Source: Dimorphilus gyrociliatus (taxonomy: Eukaryota > Animalia > Annelida). From it: a DNA stretch of 64,000 nucleotides. The position numbers and the translations under genes were made by a program. A model generated the notes under the pieces. The model had not been told where the DNA came from and searched no databases. It worked only from the letters and a program-made list of their open reading frames with translations. The DNA lies in NCBI GenBank assembly GCA_904063045.1, contig CAJFCJ010000005.1:1255988-1319987 (forward strand), read 5' to 3'. Below are positions 36,492 to 50,644 of this stretch, piece by piece; position 1 is the first letter of the stretch; each line of letters opens with the position of its first letter.

Positions 36492-37589
36492 ATGGATTTA
36501 ATTTTTCATGAAAAGGTAAAAAAAATAGAGCTCTTTTACTTGGAAAATTATACAATATAGAGTTGAGCGATAATATATGACGAAAAATAAATGTTATTTA
36601 ACAGCAAGAAGGATCGCTCTGCGGTCAACATTGTTTAAACAATCTTCTTCAAGGTGCTTATTTCTCTGCCGTTGATCTAGCTGATTTAGCATCTCAATTA
36701 GATGAAACTGAGAGAAGTCATTTAGGTTCGAATTCTTCATCTACGTCTCATAACATGGATGATTCCGGTTACTTCAGCATTCAAGTTTTACAAAAAGCCT
36801 TAGAAATATGGAATATTTGTCTTTTCTCCTTTAAATCTAGTCGACCCGAGGCTGTAGCTGCTCGTATTGATGCCCACTCACAAAAGGCATATATATGTAA
36901 CTTTCAAGATCATTGGTTTTCTATAAGAAAAATAGGATTACAATGGTTCAATTTAAACTCAATGCACTCTGCACCAGAATTGATTTCAGACACTTATTTA
37001 TCTCTATTCCTGGCTCAGCTCCAGACAGACGGATATAGCATATTTGTTGTTTCTGGTAATCTACCTGATTGCGACGCAGATGCCATTCTAAAATTAGCTC
37101 CAATTGAAGCTAATAAAGTAAAATTGAACCAAACTCCGAGATCCGGATCAGAAAATAGCTCTGGTGAGAATTTTTTTCTATACGTTTTGACATGTTTTAA
37201 GTTTTTTATTTATGTGTACAAAAAACTTAAAATATAATATGACTTGTGTTACTTTTGTTTATATCTTGTGCGAGAAAATTTAAACGCAGTATCTGTCGTC
37301 TAGATTTAATGCCTTCAATATCACTCTTCAGATTTAGAGAAGGCGTTAGAAGAGAGCAGGCAAATGAATGAAGAAAACGACGAATCCCTTCAACGAGCTT
37401 TGAAAGAAAGTTTACAAGGTAAAAGATGACTTTGTCAAAACTATTTATCTTTCAATAAAATCTCTTTTAGAATATGAAAAAAATCAAACGTCTGATATAC
37501 CTCAATGTCAAAGCACATCTCGTATACCAGCTACTCAGGAAGAACTACGTCGCAAACGGTTGGAAAAATTTGGTTCCTCATCAAATTAG
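36492..37589 (+). CDS. ATXN3: Ataxin-3 (Josephin deubiquitinase, UIMs, VCP-binding motif)
   Basis: MDLIFHEK|QEGSLCGQHCLNNLLQG (catalytic Cys), HWFSIRKIG..WFNLNS, two UIM-like helices (DLEKALEES, LQRALKESL) and ELRRKR near the stop. Four exons. Confidence 0.95.
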
Positions 37590-37909
37590 TGTCGCGTATT
37601 GTATATTTAAAGACACTCTTGAAACCTAAATCTTCACCGAAACAAAAATATTTCAGCTTTAAATAAAACAAATGAAAAATTTTGAATGTAATAAAATACA
37701 TTGTCATAATAAGCCTATCAACATTCAAACGATGAAAATAAACAAACTTGTATTATAAAAATTAAACTGTACATTGATAGGTGGAGCTATGAATGACACA
37801 ATAGATTGATCAATGACTATATAATTTCATTGCATTTATTAACAAAAAATATGAAAATACCTGGTAATCAATAAAAAAATGTTAACTGCACGTGTGCTCA
37901 ATAGTCAAG

Positions 37910-38389
37910 ATGGATAGATTTAGTGCAGAGGTTATTAAATCTCATAATAAATGTCGTAGGCAACATAATGTAGCAGAACTGCGACATAGTAAGGATTTAA
38001 GTATATTAGCTCAGAAGTGGGCAGATCATTTAGCATCAATAAATCGACCTATCCACTCAAATGACACATATAAAGGTGAGAAATTAGGAGAAAATGTAGC
38101 TAGAGTATGGAGATCTATAGGTGCTGAACATACTGGTCAAGAAGTAACAAAGGAATGGTATAGTGAAAGAACTAACTATGACTTTAAATTAGGAAAATTT
38201 ACAACTGGTGTTGGTCATTTCACCCAACTCATCTGGAAAGATTCGAGAGAAATTGGCGTTGGTAAGTCTCTCACACGGGATGGACAAATCTTTGTTGTTT
38301 GCAATTATTATCCTTCTGGAAATATTTATGGAAAATTCACTGAAAATGTTTTTCCACCAAAATATAATTTTTTTACAACCTTTTTTTAA
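37910..38389 (+). CDS. GLIPR2: CAP/SCP-domain protein, GAPR-1-like
   Basis: SHNKCRRQH, AQKWADHL, GENVA, GHFTQLIWK, FVVCNYYPSGN. No signal peptide. The start could extend into a short upstream exon at 37851. Confidence 0.88.
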   Translation: MDRFSAEVIKSHNKCRRQHNVAELRHSKDLSILAQKWADHLASINRPIHSNDTYKGEKLGENVARVWRSIGAEHTGQEVTKEWYSERTNYDFKLGKFTTGVGHFTQLIWKDSREIGVGKSLTRDGQIFVVCNYYPSGNIYGKFTENVFPPKYNFFTTFF

Positions 38390-38896
38390 CCTGGTAAGAG
38401 ATTACTTGATATTTAGTAATAATTAGATATCGATGTACAATTAATGTAAAACAATCTTGCCCAATTTTGACTGCTGGATAACTAACTTAACTTCCCCCAT
38501 GAGTTGCTCATTATATTTTTTTATAAATAATTTGAGAAAATTCTACCCTTTCAAAATTCGTAATTGATTGTAAATTACTAAAATCAATGCTATATGTCAA
38601 CGAAGAATAATAGTGATTCTCCTAATAATCATCGTGTCAGGGATATCTAATTCATTGGACAAAACACACGATTCTGAATATTTAGTCATTGGCTTCCAGC
38701 TCAGTTAAATAATATTTTCTCTTGATAAAAATTTAAAAACATAACACTAAAAGATATATTAATTCATTTTGAGCATTTATCATTCCTTTCAGAATGTCTT
38801 TGACATTGATTGGCCAATAATCTATTTTTGTTATTACTTGTATAATTTATATATTTGGTTCAAAAGATTAAATTACAAATTAAAGCATTCAAACAA

Positions 38897-38898
<2 letters not shown>

Positions 38899-38926
<28 letters not shown>
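38899..38926. repeat. (TA)n microsatellite
   Basis: About 14 TA units. Confidence 0.95.
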
Positions 38927-38930
<4 letters not shown>

Positions 38931-39123
38931 AAATATTTAATACTATCAAAAGCATATCGTGCAATATGAATTTTCGCAAATGCATAAAAATTCTAGAAAA
39001 TATAAGTTTAACATATCTTGCGTAATACATAATAATTGAGCATGCATGTAATTGACTAATATCGCTTCAATAATTATTGTTGTATTTGCCCTATTAGTAG
39101 TGCTTTTTTAATCAATATTCTAC

Positions 39124-41241
39124 CTAATAGATGGAGGGACAGTTTTCCCATTCTCTATTCCAATAATCTCTTTTAAACAGCCAGCCATCTCTTCCAGTTG
39201 TTGGATGCTTCCCCTGAATAAACCATCTGAAATATATAGTTGGAATTAAAAGCTTATCCCCAGAAAAATGTTGAAGAGTAATCGGAAAACAAAAATAAAA
39301 TATCAGTGATATGTTCAAGACTGAAAAACGCAATTAGAGAGAATAATTGCTGTAATAGGTGACGCAAATAATAGAGTAACAAATACTCATTTTGGGAACT
39401 AATCTCGCTAACAAGTTATATGAATAAACACCCTAAATCTGACAATAGTCACCTGGGTTTTGTATCACTGAAAATACAAAAAAAAGATAATGTTAAAACA
39501 TAAAAGAATATTTGTAATACTTTTGATCATAATCTGTTTTATCTTCCTCTCTTCGACTTCTTGCATCTCTTTGTTTTTGCTCTATTCTGTGCTTTTCTTT
39601 CGATGCTTCATCTGTATATCATCACCATTGAAAAACGTATTTATTTAAGCAACTGTTTTCTACTTATTCGGCCTTCTTCCAATTCACGAACATCTGGTCG
39701 AAACCGTGAGTCGGTTGGAGCAATTATCTTTTTCATGTCTTCAGTTAATTCATTCATTGACATGGCAAAGTTCGAAAAATTGTAATACTGTTGATTACAT
39801 TATTTAACTTTATGTAACCTTTATTTTGAGTACCAACCTGTTCATATTCTGGACTCCGAGCATTAGCTTTCCATAATAATCTTTTATCATGAATATCTTT
39901 AGTAACTTCTTCAAATTTCATTTTCATCTGAAAAATGTATTTTATTTGGCACCAAAAAAAAGTACATGCATAAGATCACAACATCTGTAGTGCGAGGAAT
40001 TCTTCTATAGACAAGTACGTTACTCACATCCCCTTTACTAGCTTCACAATCAGATTCCTCGGAAGTCGAACGCAGGAAAGTTTGATTGCTCAGGGAACAC
40101 ATTCGTTTCAAGCCAGTGACAGTTTCATTTAAACGCTTCAACGTCTTCTCATATGTTCGCCATGCCTTGTAGCGCCCCAAATCAATAAAGCTATATTGAT
40201 GTAAAACCTATCGACTAGTAGAACTACTTACATTTGAATCAAAGCTGTACAAGCAGTCAATCCACTGACCACAAAATGATCGCTTTTTTTGTTGTTTTTC
40301 ATCATAAAGGTGACCGTCAACAATATGATAAAGATGAGAACTCCAAAAAGAGTCTTTATAAGATTTATGGAATTCTAGCTCTGATGACCAACCGGTCTCA
40401 ACACAGTTAATTTTCATTTTTCCATAGTGTTCAATCCACAATTTTCCGATAAATATATTGTGTACACGACAAGCAATATTAGACCATACATAGGTTTCGT
40501 TCCATTTCTTCAAATGTAATGTTACGAAACCTTCAGGCCGAATGTCCACATTTTTTCCGGTATATTTAACTGCAGGAGATATTGAACCAGAAAAGGTATA
40601 AGAAGAAGACTCTGCATGAAAAGCTGATATGGGGGGATGATGTGAGACTTGTTCGGCCACCAAGCTAAATCCAAGATCCTCCCTCACTAACTCATACGTT
40701 TCTCCTAATAAAGGGTTGAACGGTTTCCCTAAACGTTCATGATTAGATGACAAAGCAGAAACAGCAAAAGCAGTTACAAACTGAAAATCACGTGAATATA
40801 TCTTTAAACAATTAAAAGAGAACTGAAAAGAAAAACTACCTCCATTCGGTGGATGGGGTCAGTTGAATCTGAGGCATTGTCAATTAGGTATGAAGACTCT
40901 AGATACTCCGATAACCTCTGCAAAAAACTTAACGGCTCATTAAACGTAACTGGCATTGTGATTTTCGACAAATCTTTCCCAATACATTGCCGAAGTAAAC
41001 TAAAAATACTGGTATTATTTCTGGAGAACATGGGAACAGGCAGTCTTTTTCTGTTAAGAAGCAGCTTATTAATAAGTTTACTAAATAATACTCTAAACCT
41101 CGTATTATTTTGTCCTCGTAATCCTGTGAATTGCGTGTTTCCCAGTGACTCCCTGCGAGATTTACGGTCAACATTTGACGAACCAGACATACTGTCGCCT
41201 TCGTCAAGCTCTATATTAGAGTTTGTAGCCTCCGAAAACAT
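39124..41241 (-). CDS. OSBPL2: Oxysterol-binding protein-related protein, short ORP1/ORP2 type
   Basis: RLPVPMFSR..SLLRQCIGKDLSKITMPVTFNEPLSFLQR, KPFNPLLGETYE, the EQVSHHPP fingerprint, PTDSRFRPD, terminus DYWNREWENCPSIY*. Confidence 0.93.
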
Positions 41242-41992
41242 TTGGAAGCGTCACTGAAATAGGAAATCGATTGATGGTAGCTACTTTTACAGCTGGTTGT
41301 TGCAGATCTGCAAGCTACCTTTTCTAGTGGCAATACCCTGCCATCTAGAAGTTAAAAGACAAATAACTCGGATGCATTGCGTGATACGTTATACTTCGAT
41401 TATCCTATTCTCAGAAATATAAGCGAAAATCTGTTTGAATAAAATTTCTATTTCAGATTATTAATGGATCATCACTCTAAGAACTCTAAAAAGTTCTGAA
41501 ATATCAATTATGAATTAAGTAAATGCTTTTAATACTAGCAGAATTAACTAAATGACTACTTGATTATTTTTTGCTTTGAAGTTTTTTTTATTTAAAAATT
41601 TAAAAATCAAAAATCACTGTAAGAATGCGTTTTTCAGGGATTTTGTTTGTGTCATGTAAAATGAAATGCTTACATTTAAAAACAGTTGTTTATATATCTA
41701 TGTGATGAAAATTTGTAATTTCACTCTTCATATCTATTGCATGTTTCATCTATATAATCAAATAAAAATTTAGCGGATTTCTAAAATCCTTTTTAGAGGT
41801 TTTGTTGAATAAGGAACATTTTTAAGATCTAAACAAAACCATTTCCATCTTCCGATAGCGTCCAAGATACAACGCATGCGCTTTGAGAGCGGAAATGAGA
41901 ATTCCGATCTCGATAAACATTTATCGATTTTATGATATCGCATTGTTCGTTTGTACTACGAATACATCGGCATTCCCTGCTCTGTTGTTAAA

Positions 41993-42998
41993 ATGGCGGA
42001 ATACTTGGCTTCAATTTTCGGAACAGAAAAAGATAAGTAAGTACATTTCTGTAAAAAATAAAAATAAAATTATTTTTATCTCCTTTGCAGAGTGAATTGC
42101 TCCTTTTATTTCAAAATAGGAGCTTGCAGACATGGGGATAGATGCTCGAGGTTACACAATAAACCAACTTTCAGTCAGGTATTGATCATTCAGAAACTCA
42201 ATTTATTATAACTTTTTAGTAGTTTGATATACAATATTTAAAGCTGCTAATAATGATTATCATAATATATATTAAAAATAATTTTTGCCAGACTATTCTG
42301 CTACCCAATTTCTATTTGAACCCTCAAAATTCGGCACAGACAGCTGATGGATCACATTGTAAACTATTTAAAATATAAACAACCAATCATCCATGTATTT
42401 AGAATATTATTTTCACAGTGGTAATGATGAGTGATGTGGAAACGCAAGAACATTTTGATGATTTTTTTGAGGAAGTCTTTGTAGAGTTGGAAGAGAAGGT
42501 AAATCCTACACAAATATAAGTTATTTTTAACTTGAGTATTAATAATTTGGCAGTACGGTGAAATCGAAGAAATGAATGTTTGCGATAATCTAGGAGATCA
42601 TTTAGTTGGTAATGTCTATGTCAAATTCAAATACGAAGAGGATGCCGAGAAAGCTGTTCAGGCCTTGAACAATAGATGGTTCAATGGAAGACCTATTCAC
42701 GCAGAATTATCTCCTGTCACAGATTTTAGGGAAGCTTGCTGTCGGCAATACGAAATGGGGTAAGTAATTCATTTGTTATCTATACGTAATTATTTTATGA
42801 ATACCAATTTTTAGGGAATGCACAAGAAGTGGATTTTGTAACTTTATGCACCTAAAACCTATATCCAGGGATCTTAGAAGAAAACTGTTTTCTAGAAATA
42901 GATATCGTAAAAAATCCAGATCCCGTGAAAGAGAAAAAGATAGAGACAGTAGAAGAAGAAGACGCAGTCGTAGTCGAGAAAGACACGGACGCTATTGA
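41993..42998 (+). CDS. U2AF1: Splicing factor U2AF 35-kDa subunit
   Basis: [15 protein letters not shown]|[50 protein letters not shown], short RS tail. Exons 41993-42036, 42091-42178, 42292-42358, 42419-42498, 42554-42759, 42815-42998. Confidence 0.98.
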
Positions 42999-43427
42999 GA
43001 TTTTTTATTAGCAGTGTTTTTCGTGTTAGTATAAGTTTTATTTCTATTATGTGTTTCATTTACTATTACTAAATTGTTTAACATAAAGCAAAAGATTTTT
43101 TTGCTAAATACAGCAAAAGTCCAAATTTTGTACTTGTTACATTTCATATAAATGTGTGGAGCATAAAAATTGTATTTTATTATTATAAGATAAATATGCT
43201 TCATATGAAAATTTTCACAATTATCTGTAGTTAAAACAGATTAATTTAACTGATTTTTCAGCTCAATAGATTGATATGTCAAGAAACGACTAAATACACG
43301 AAAGAATCTGCTGCAAACATATATCAATCTAAAAGACAACATTCAAAATTTCTCCTCATAAATAGAAATGGTAGTAAAATGTAATTCCTTGTTTTTTTGA
43401 GGAATTGTAATAAAATAAAATTATATA

Positions 43428-46400
43428 TCAAAGCTTTTCATAAAAGTTCAAATGATCATTGTAAAATGTTCTAGTTATCCAAAAGCAGGCATTTACATCA
43501 ATATCGTTTCGTCTGATTGTACAAGAAAGATAAGTTCTTAATTTCTAACAAAGTATAAACTAACCGTTTTGTATTATAAAATTCAACTTGTAGCTGATTA
43601 TTTTGGACAGCGATAATTCTTGCAGGCTTGTAAATATATTCCTGATCGTCATATGGAGCTAGAATATAGTCTCCTTTTCTAAGTGACTTACTTCTGTATC
43701 TTGTAAATGAGCTGAACATAAAATGAGAGTGTTGTTCAGTTGTGAATCCATCTTCTAATTCAACAATGTATTGTCTACCATTTTTTATTCGCTCTTTTAC
43801 CTTTCCTAAAAAAATACTAATCTCTACTTAATAGTATAAATAAGCTCATTGCTTACCAAGCTTGTAAAACCCTGTTCTGTCATCTCGAGCTATTACAATT
43901 TCTCCTACTAATCGCTTTTCACATTTTACAATATGGCCAACGACATCGTTCAATTTTTCCTCGCTTATTCTAAGAAAAATACATATAGTGTTTATCCTCT
44001 AAAGAATTTTCTTCTTGCCTGTAAACTTGATATCTTTCCATTATGGCTTCTTCACCATCATAAAATCGAACTGCAATTTTATCTTCAGAGGGAATATCTA
44101 TGACTGCTCCCGGTGCGAAACTGCTCTCATGTTCTGGATGAGATGCTATGACTGAATCTTTCACCTGAAAGTTTTTGAACTGTAAATCTTACTTTCAGGG
44201 TTGTTCAGCACAAATAGATATTTTGTTATAACAAAGGAAATGTGCAACACTAAAAATATCATAAATCTCCTACTTGCAATTGAACATCTTCGTCTTGCTC
44301 CTCACTTATGATATCAGATCTAGTAATTTTCTCTATATCATTAGTGAAATCTCGCACATAATATTCGTTATCGTTCAATTTACCCTGAACAAAGCCTGTT
44401 TGTAGGAGATAGTGTTAGGACCAAAGGAGATTGTTTTTCTATCTTACCTATATAATACCATCCGTCATCGGGCCATCTTGCTACAACCGTTTGGTTTTTT
44501 TGTAAAGGAAACGGTTCTTCGCCGGGTTTTATTTGATGTTTTTGAGTAGCTGTCTATAATTTGAATGGCATAATAAATGAAGTCACAATTTTTATTCTCA
44601 CCATTGTGTTCCCAATTATATTCAGTAGGTGTTCGTGGCTCTCAACCATGGCATTTTGCTCATTCTGGGTAGTCATTATCATTCGTAGCTCTTTCTCTAA
44701 ATTCTATGTAAACAAATGACATTAGGTTTACAGTGCTGCCAAAAGCTTAAATGCTTTAAAACCTTCTGTTTCTTAGCTTGACGATGGAACTTTAGCCTCA
44801 GTTCAGATCTCCAATTTTTTTTGTTCGCGATATCTTTACCTAAAGTTATGTTAACTTTGTCTTCTTCCTGACAAGTGATTGATCCCTCTTCTTCTTCACT
44901 ATCAGAATCGCTTATGAGCAACGTTGTTAAAAAAACAAAATAGTCAAGTAGCCTAAATTTCTAAAGAATTTACACCTAATAAATACCTAGAAAACACTTC
45001 ATTCTGTGCAGGCTTTTTCTTTAACTCTATAGAGTAAAGTAAGGTTTCCAGAAAATTATATCTTATGTCGCTGATTTTAATAGCGTAACTTCTTCTTATA
45101 TGTATAACTTCACCATTGAATAGTCGTATGGTAAACATATTAGGTGTTCTAGCTCCTTTGTGAGTAACAACACCGGGAACATAACAAATTTGAGCTGAAT
45201 CGGAATTCAAGACTCGAGTCAATACACAATCGCCCTCCATTAATTGAGGATTGCTAACAGCCCCTCCAACTTCAATTATAAATCTCTTTGGAACCTTTTC
45301 CTTCTCTTTGAAATCGTCAAATTTAACCATGCAGAAATGAGAGTTTAGTGTTTCAATCAGTTTTCCTTTTTATATAAACTTATGTTAATTTGAGAATTTT
45401 CTGTTATACCTATCTATTACCTGGATAAAATAACCAATCAGTCTGACTCAGAGCCAGAACTCTTTTATTATACGCACTTCGAGGACGAGCATCTGCTTTA
45501 ACTGATTTCTTGAATCTAATCTTTTTTTCCGACTGCAAAAATTCTTAAATTAAACCTATTTCACTCAATTTAACTTATACCTTTTCTAAATCATCGTTAA
45601 TTTTATCTCGTTCACTAGCTTCAAATGGAATTGAATTTATTTCAGCATTTTCGGATAAACTTTTTACATCACAAATTTGCTTTAAGTAAAGTTTTACTCG
45701 TTTGATCTCTTTTTCTAATAGTAAAATATCTTCTAGTTTACTTTCTGCAGACTCTTGAGTTTCTAGGTTCTCAAAGATTAAATCCCGACTTTCAGAGTAT
45801 TTTATATTACCATTAGATATTCTGAAAAAAATGCAAGTGTAACAAAAGTTTAGCAATTTAATGCAACCAGAAAATAATTAACACAAACCTTTCTTTTATT
45901 TCTGGTGGGGAAAATTTCGAAAGAATATAGTTTAACCTCTTTTCCAACTTTTCCAGAAGATTCTTTAGATCATTTTCATATTTCTCTAAATCAATAGCTC
46001 CTGGATTGGCTAGCTTTTTATTACTTTTCTTCACATATTCATAGGGCATTATATCATCAAATACTTTAGAGTGTACACTTCTTCCTAAAATAGGAATATA
46101 CTTCGCTTTGTAAGGAACCATTGTAGGGCCAAGTACACGCTTTAAATTCAATTTTTTTGCATTTAATCCATGAATTGAAAGCCATTTTCTTGATGACAAA
46201 GCAATGCACTTCCTAAAACAAACAAATTTTATTAATAGAGCCAGTGATATGTAAGTCATAACCTCTTGTTAGTTCTTCTTGAATCGGTAAATTTCCCTAA
46301 AAAAAAGAAAAATTATTTAAATATTCAATAATGATTACAGTCTTACGCCTCTTTTCAACAGAGATTCGACGAGATGAATGAGAAATATCAAGACCTCTGA

Positions 46401-49400
46401 AGCCATTAATTGTTCGCAAAATACTACTTTTGGTATGAACTAAAAAAAATACTCAGATAATACAACATTCAAGCCCAAAAAAAAACATACCACCTGCAAA
46501 GTTAGTGGATTCACGTTTTTCTCCTACGACTGTAAAAAAGAAAATTACATTAAAGCAAAACAGGACACTTAATACAAACGATCAATGAAAGTGGCCCCAA
46601 TACAACTTTCATCTGCAAAACCCTTTCTAAACCGTGGAGAGGCAGACATTCTCTGACCAAGAGCGCTTTTTGGTCGGCCTGGAGAATTACAAGTAGGAGG
46701 TGCTGGATAGTGCATTGGTGCACTTTGTGGCCTAATATCTTTAACAATGTGATGATGTTCTTTTCCAGTCCATGACAATTGAGAGCACTCATCACGTAAT
46801 AGAGCAATTTGTTCTAAATTTCTATAGCCTGCTTCTAACTCTTGACGAAGTAATCGAATATCTTCACTCTGTGTTTAAAATTCAATAATTATGAATACAA
46901 TTCTGGGCAGAATTTAAATCTGTCATAAAATATACCTCCCAAGGTTGTGGACCATCTATGTCAATACCATTTTCTGAGTAGTAGTGAAATCTTCCACCAG
47001 TAGCTCTTGCTAAGTCATACAAAAATTGATTAGCTTCCTTGTCAGCACAATTAAAAGATATGCTGTGAACGGGAACTTTTGAACACAGCTGAATTTGAGC
47101 CAAGATTGATTTAGTAGGCTACAACAAAAAATGTTCAAAATATTATTGATTAAAAAAAATAGATCAATCTGATGAACATAGTAAGTAACTCGTTCAATAG
47201 TAATTGCCTACATTTAATATGAAATTACTTTAGAAAAAAAATTCCGTTATGAAAAAATTTAAAAGCTAACTTGATCGGGTCTTCCATCAGACAAAAGATA
47301 AACGGCTTGAGAAGAGGGGTCATTGACTGCTGTCTTAATAGCAGCCAAGGTGTTCGTAGAGCCTCTGCATTCCAGACCCTAAGGATAAAATCCATGAAGC
47401 ATTTATAAAATCAGAATTCTTATTTCACAGAAAAAATTAAGACAAACCTTTATCCACTCCCATGCATTTTGCAGATTCTTTTCATTGACATCAACCATTC
47501 TGTCTTTCCAAGGTGAACACTTGGAATCAAAGCCTACCAAATTAAATTTCTGCTTGTGTCGCAATTGCTCCTAAACAAAGTCAAATTAAGGACGTTTTAA
47601 TAGAAAACTTATAATAAAAATATCTTCAAACTACTTGCATAAGAACAAATAATTTGTCTTTAACAAATTGAATATGTGGGGCCATTGACGCTGACGTATC
47701 AATTAGAAAATAAATTTGATCTTCTATCACTGTACCAAACAGTTCTCTACTCCCTTGTTGTAGCCAGTCAATTCTTTGCTGGATTGATTCCAATGCAGTT
47801 TTCATTCCACTCTCATAGTTTCTATGAACTTCTGGAGTCACTTGAACATGAACGATCTGCATTTAAAAAAAATGAATGAATGATTTCTTTTAGCGTTACG
47901 AAAAAAGTCAACCTACTTGTCCGTCCTTCCATCTGACATGAGGAAACTTGTTACAATATTTAGCATTAATAAGTTTCTGACGAGAAATCTGTTAAAGCAG
48001 TGCAAGTTATATCTTATCAAGTGCAAAAATTTAATCAACTTGAAAACAAGAACACTAATATATTTACCGCATCAGTTTGGAATTCAGTTTTCGGCGCTTC
48101 TTTAACATCAACAACACCATCTCGATGCTTAAAAGCAACTCCAGATAATACATCAAAAAAACTTAACTTTCTAGCCTTCAGACCGTAAACCTCAAGCCAT
48201 TCACGAGAACTCATATATTGTTCATTTTTAGAATTTCCCATGCTAGTAGATTGAAAGTTCGTTTTATTTCTATTTTTATTATCCCTATTTGATGATCTTT
48301 GCGTTAATGGAAAGTCCTCAATGAGTCCTTGAATTTGAGCTAGATTGTTTCTGGCTTCTTCCAGTTCTTCAAACAACTCCATAACATCTTCTCGAACACC
48401 GGCTTCTGGTGGAACGCCTCCATAAGTTTTCTTTCTTAGCATAACATTTGATTGCATTCCTTGGGAGTCACCTGCTTTTTCGTCATAAGCATCCATTTCC
48501 ATTACAACACCGTAAGCGTGAAATCTTCAATGTGTGACAAATTTTTTTCGTAAATATTAACATATAGATGTTTTCGTAAAGATTTAAGCTTACCTTCCGC
48601 CTGTGAAACGAACCAACTCTCTAAGATATTTGATGATGATACGATCTGTACAGTTGTATGAGACAACATGAACAGGTATTCGAACTCCAGTCAACTTTAA
48701 AAAACAAATAAAATTAGATTTTTTATTAGATTTGATCTATTTTTAACCTTTTCTTTTAGAAGATGCATTGAACTTTCAACAGAGCTCCCTTCCGTAAATA
48801 AATAGACAGCTTCAGCCTAGAGAAAATTTTCTTAAACTAATATATTTAGATATTGAATAATTTCTTGTAAACATACATTTTGATCTGAGACTGCTCTTTG
48901 AACAGCCTCAGCCGTAGCTGTAGCAGAAATAGGAGACGATCTATCTAAACTCCAAATCCATTTAATGGCTCTTTGTACACATTCAGAGGTGACTGGAAGA
49001 CATTCTTTGCTAAAAACATCTATATCTTCAGCTACCCGAATAATATTAAATTTTGTTGCATGTACAATTTGCTCTCTAATTACTCGTTCTATGGCTGAAC
49101 GATACTGATCAAATTGCTGTGGGGTGGCATTTTTAATGTCTAATACGATGCATATTGATTTCTCAAGTATTACACCAAATACTCTACGACTTTCACATGT
49201 CAACCATTCAAGACGGCGTTTATACAAATTGATGGCTTGGCATAATCTTGTTTCTATTGCATTCAATTTCTCTTTTCCACATGAGATCTACATTTAGTAT
49301 TGTATATTTAAATACCATTTAGTAATATTCTACACTCGTATTGATTTTAGCAACTTTTCTCATTTAAAAAACTTACATTAAATGTTCGACCATCGTTTCT

Positions 49401-49821
49401 AAAAAACCTCTGAAAGAGATTTGTACCATATCTTGAACATATGGGCTTGCGCATGGAAGCATCAAAATCTGTATAGTTTAAATTTTTGTCAGTTCTTAAA
49501 GTCTTTATACTCAGTTTACAAAGACTTATCGATTTGCTACACCTTTCTCATGCAATGGTTGTTCTAACACTCACCGTCGCTATGTCGAAAGCCAATCAAA
49601 GGTAAAAGGTGATGCATATCCAAACGATTTCTTTTTAGACCATAATTGGAGAGCCATTTTCTTGTAGATACTAACCCTTTAACATCCACCTCCCATTCCT
49701 TTGGAGGAACTCTATCAATACTTATCTCTGGATCAAATGATTCATGATCATCTGTAGTAAAGTTTGCTGACCCGACGGGTGTAAAATCGAATGAGGGCTC
49801 TATAGGTAGTAAATTATCCAT
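43428..49821 (-). CDS. VWA3B: VWA3B-like protein, copy A (long form with C-terminal Tudor-like/DUF4537-type repeats)
   Basis: VSTRKWLSNYGLKRNRL, YKRRLEWLTCESRRVFGVILEK, and a VWA domain with MIDAS-type FLIDTSASM..LLSDGRPD. C-terminal repeats include VVARWPDDGWYY, VIASHP..FAPGAV..VRFYDG and GDYILAP..YKPARI. More than 20 small exons; start codon tentative. Confidence 0.85.
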
Positions 49822-50105
49822 TCTGTCTTTATTAAATATTCAAATTGTTTCCCACTTACTTTCAGAGTATGCATTTTTATCGAAGATATTTATACTAAGC
49901 ACATTATCCATGGACATCATTAAATTCAAATATGGATAGCTTTTATTTCAAAAATATTTCCTTAACATCAACAGTGTTTTATTGTTAATTTACCCTATAA
50001 AATATATATTCAACTAATGCAACAAATTTCAATTGGGTATTGTGTGGTTGCTAACGTAGCTAACCAATGAGCTGGTACTTTTTCCATTCATAATCATTTT
50101 CGTAT
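46680..50105. repeat. Direct segmental duplication, copy 1 (3426 bp)
   Basis: Matches 51649-55074 at a constant 4969-bp offset. All ORF-track translations are identical in both copies. One mismatch spotted (50075 G vs 55044 A); not every base was compared. Confidence 0.97.
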
Positions 50106-50644
50106 TTTTTCTGATTATCGTCAATGAATAATTCTTTTTTTAAAAATAATTATTTATCGTAATTAACATTCTGACATAATCGAATTTGCACTTCCATATT
50201 TTTGTGGATAACATTATATCGCTGTTCTCATGCTATTCAGTGCTCATATTTCTTTGTGAATAACAGCCAATGAATTTGTTATAAATATTTATAGAATGTA
50301 AGGTAAACTTTTAGCTTTTGCTGATAATATCGAGAAATTCAAGACAATAAGGAAGTATTTTGATTATTCTTGGTATATTTTATAAAAATGTTAAAGATTA
50401 TACCTAAAACGAAATTTAGTAATATTGTAAGAAGTGAAATGTTTCATGTATTTGTTTTTAATAAATAATTAATTGATTTTTCTTTTACAAAGTTTTTAAT
50501 TTAACAATTTATTATTGTTTGATTTGGTGAAAAGTCATATAATCTCAGAATAGCAAAGGACTGCTGTCTTATAGTTTTGTGTTTTATAAATATATAAAAG
50601 TTTAATTGATGAAAAGTCTTAATTATGATTTCTAGCATCTAGTG

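Noticed and set aside
40150-40270. Apparent 24-nt intron or stop read-through in OSBPL2 (gtaagt...gatag)
   Set aside because: An ordinary 60-nt alternative (TT|gtacag...atatag|C) restores the frame, so no exotic mechanism is needed.
40853-41257. 134-aa plus-strand ORF, and similar antisense or alternative-frame ORFs over ABCA, WDR37, TCERG1, snail and Shank
   Set aside because: They overlap well-supported genes on the other strand or frame and have no recognisable motifs.
42179-42418. Possible duplicated, mutually exclusive U2AF1 exon 3 as in vertebrates
   Set aside because: Only one 67-nt exon (42292-42358) is present, and the flanking introns show no second copy.
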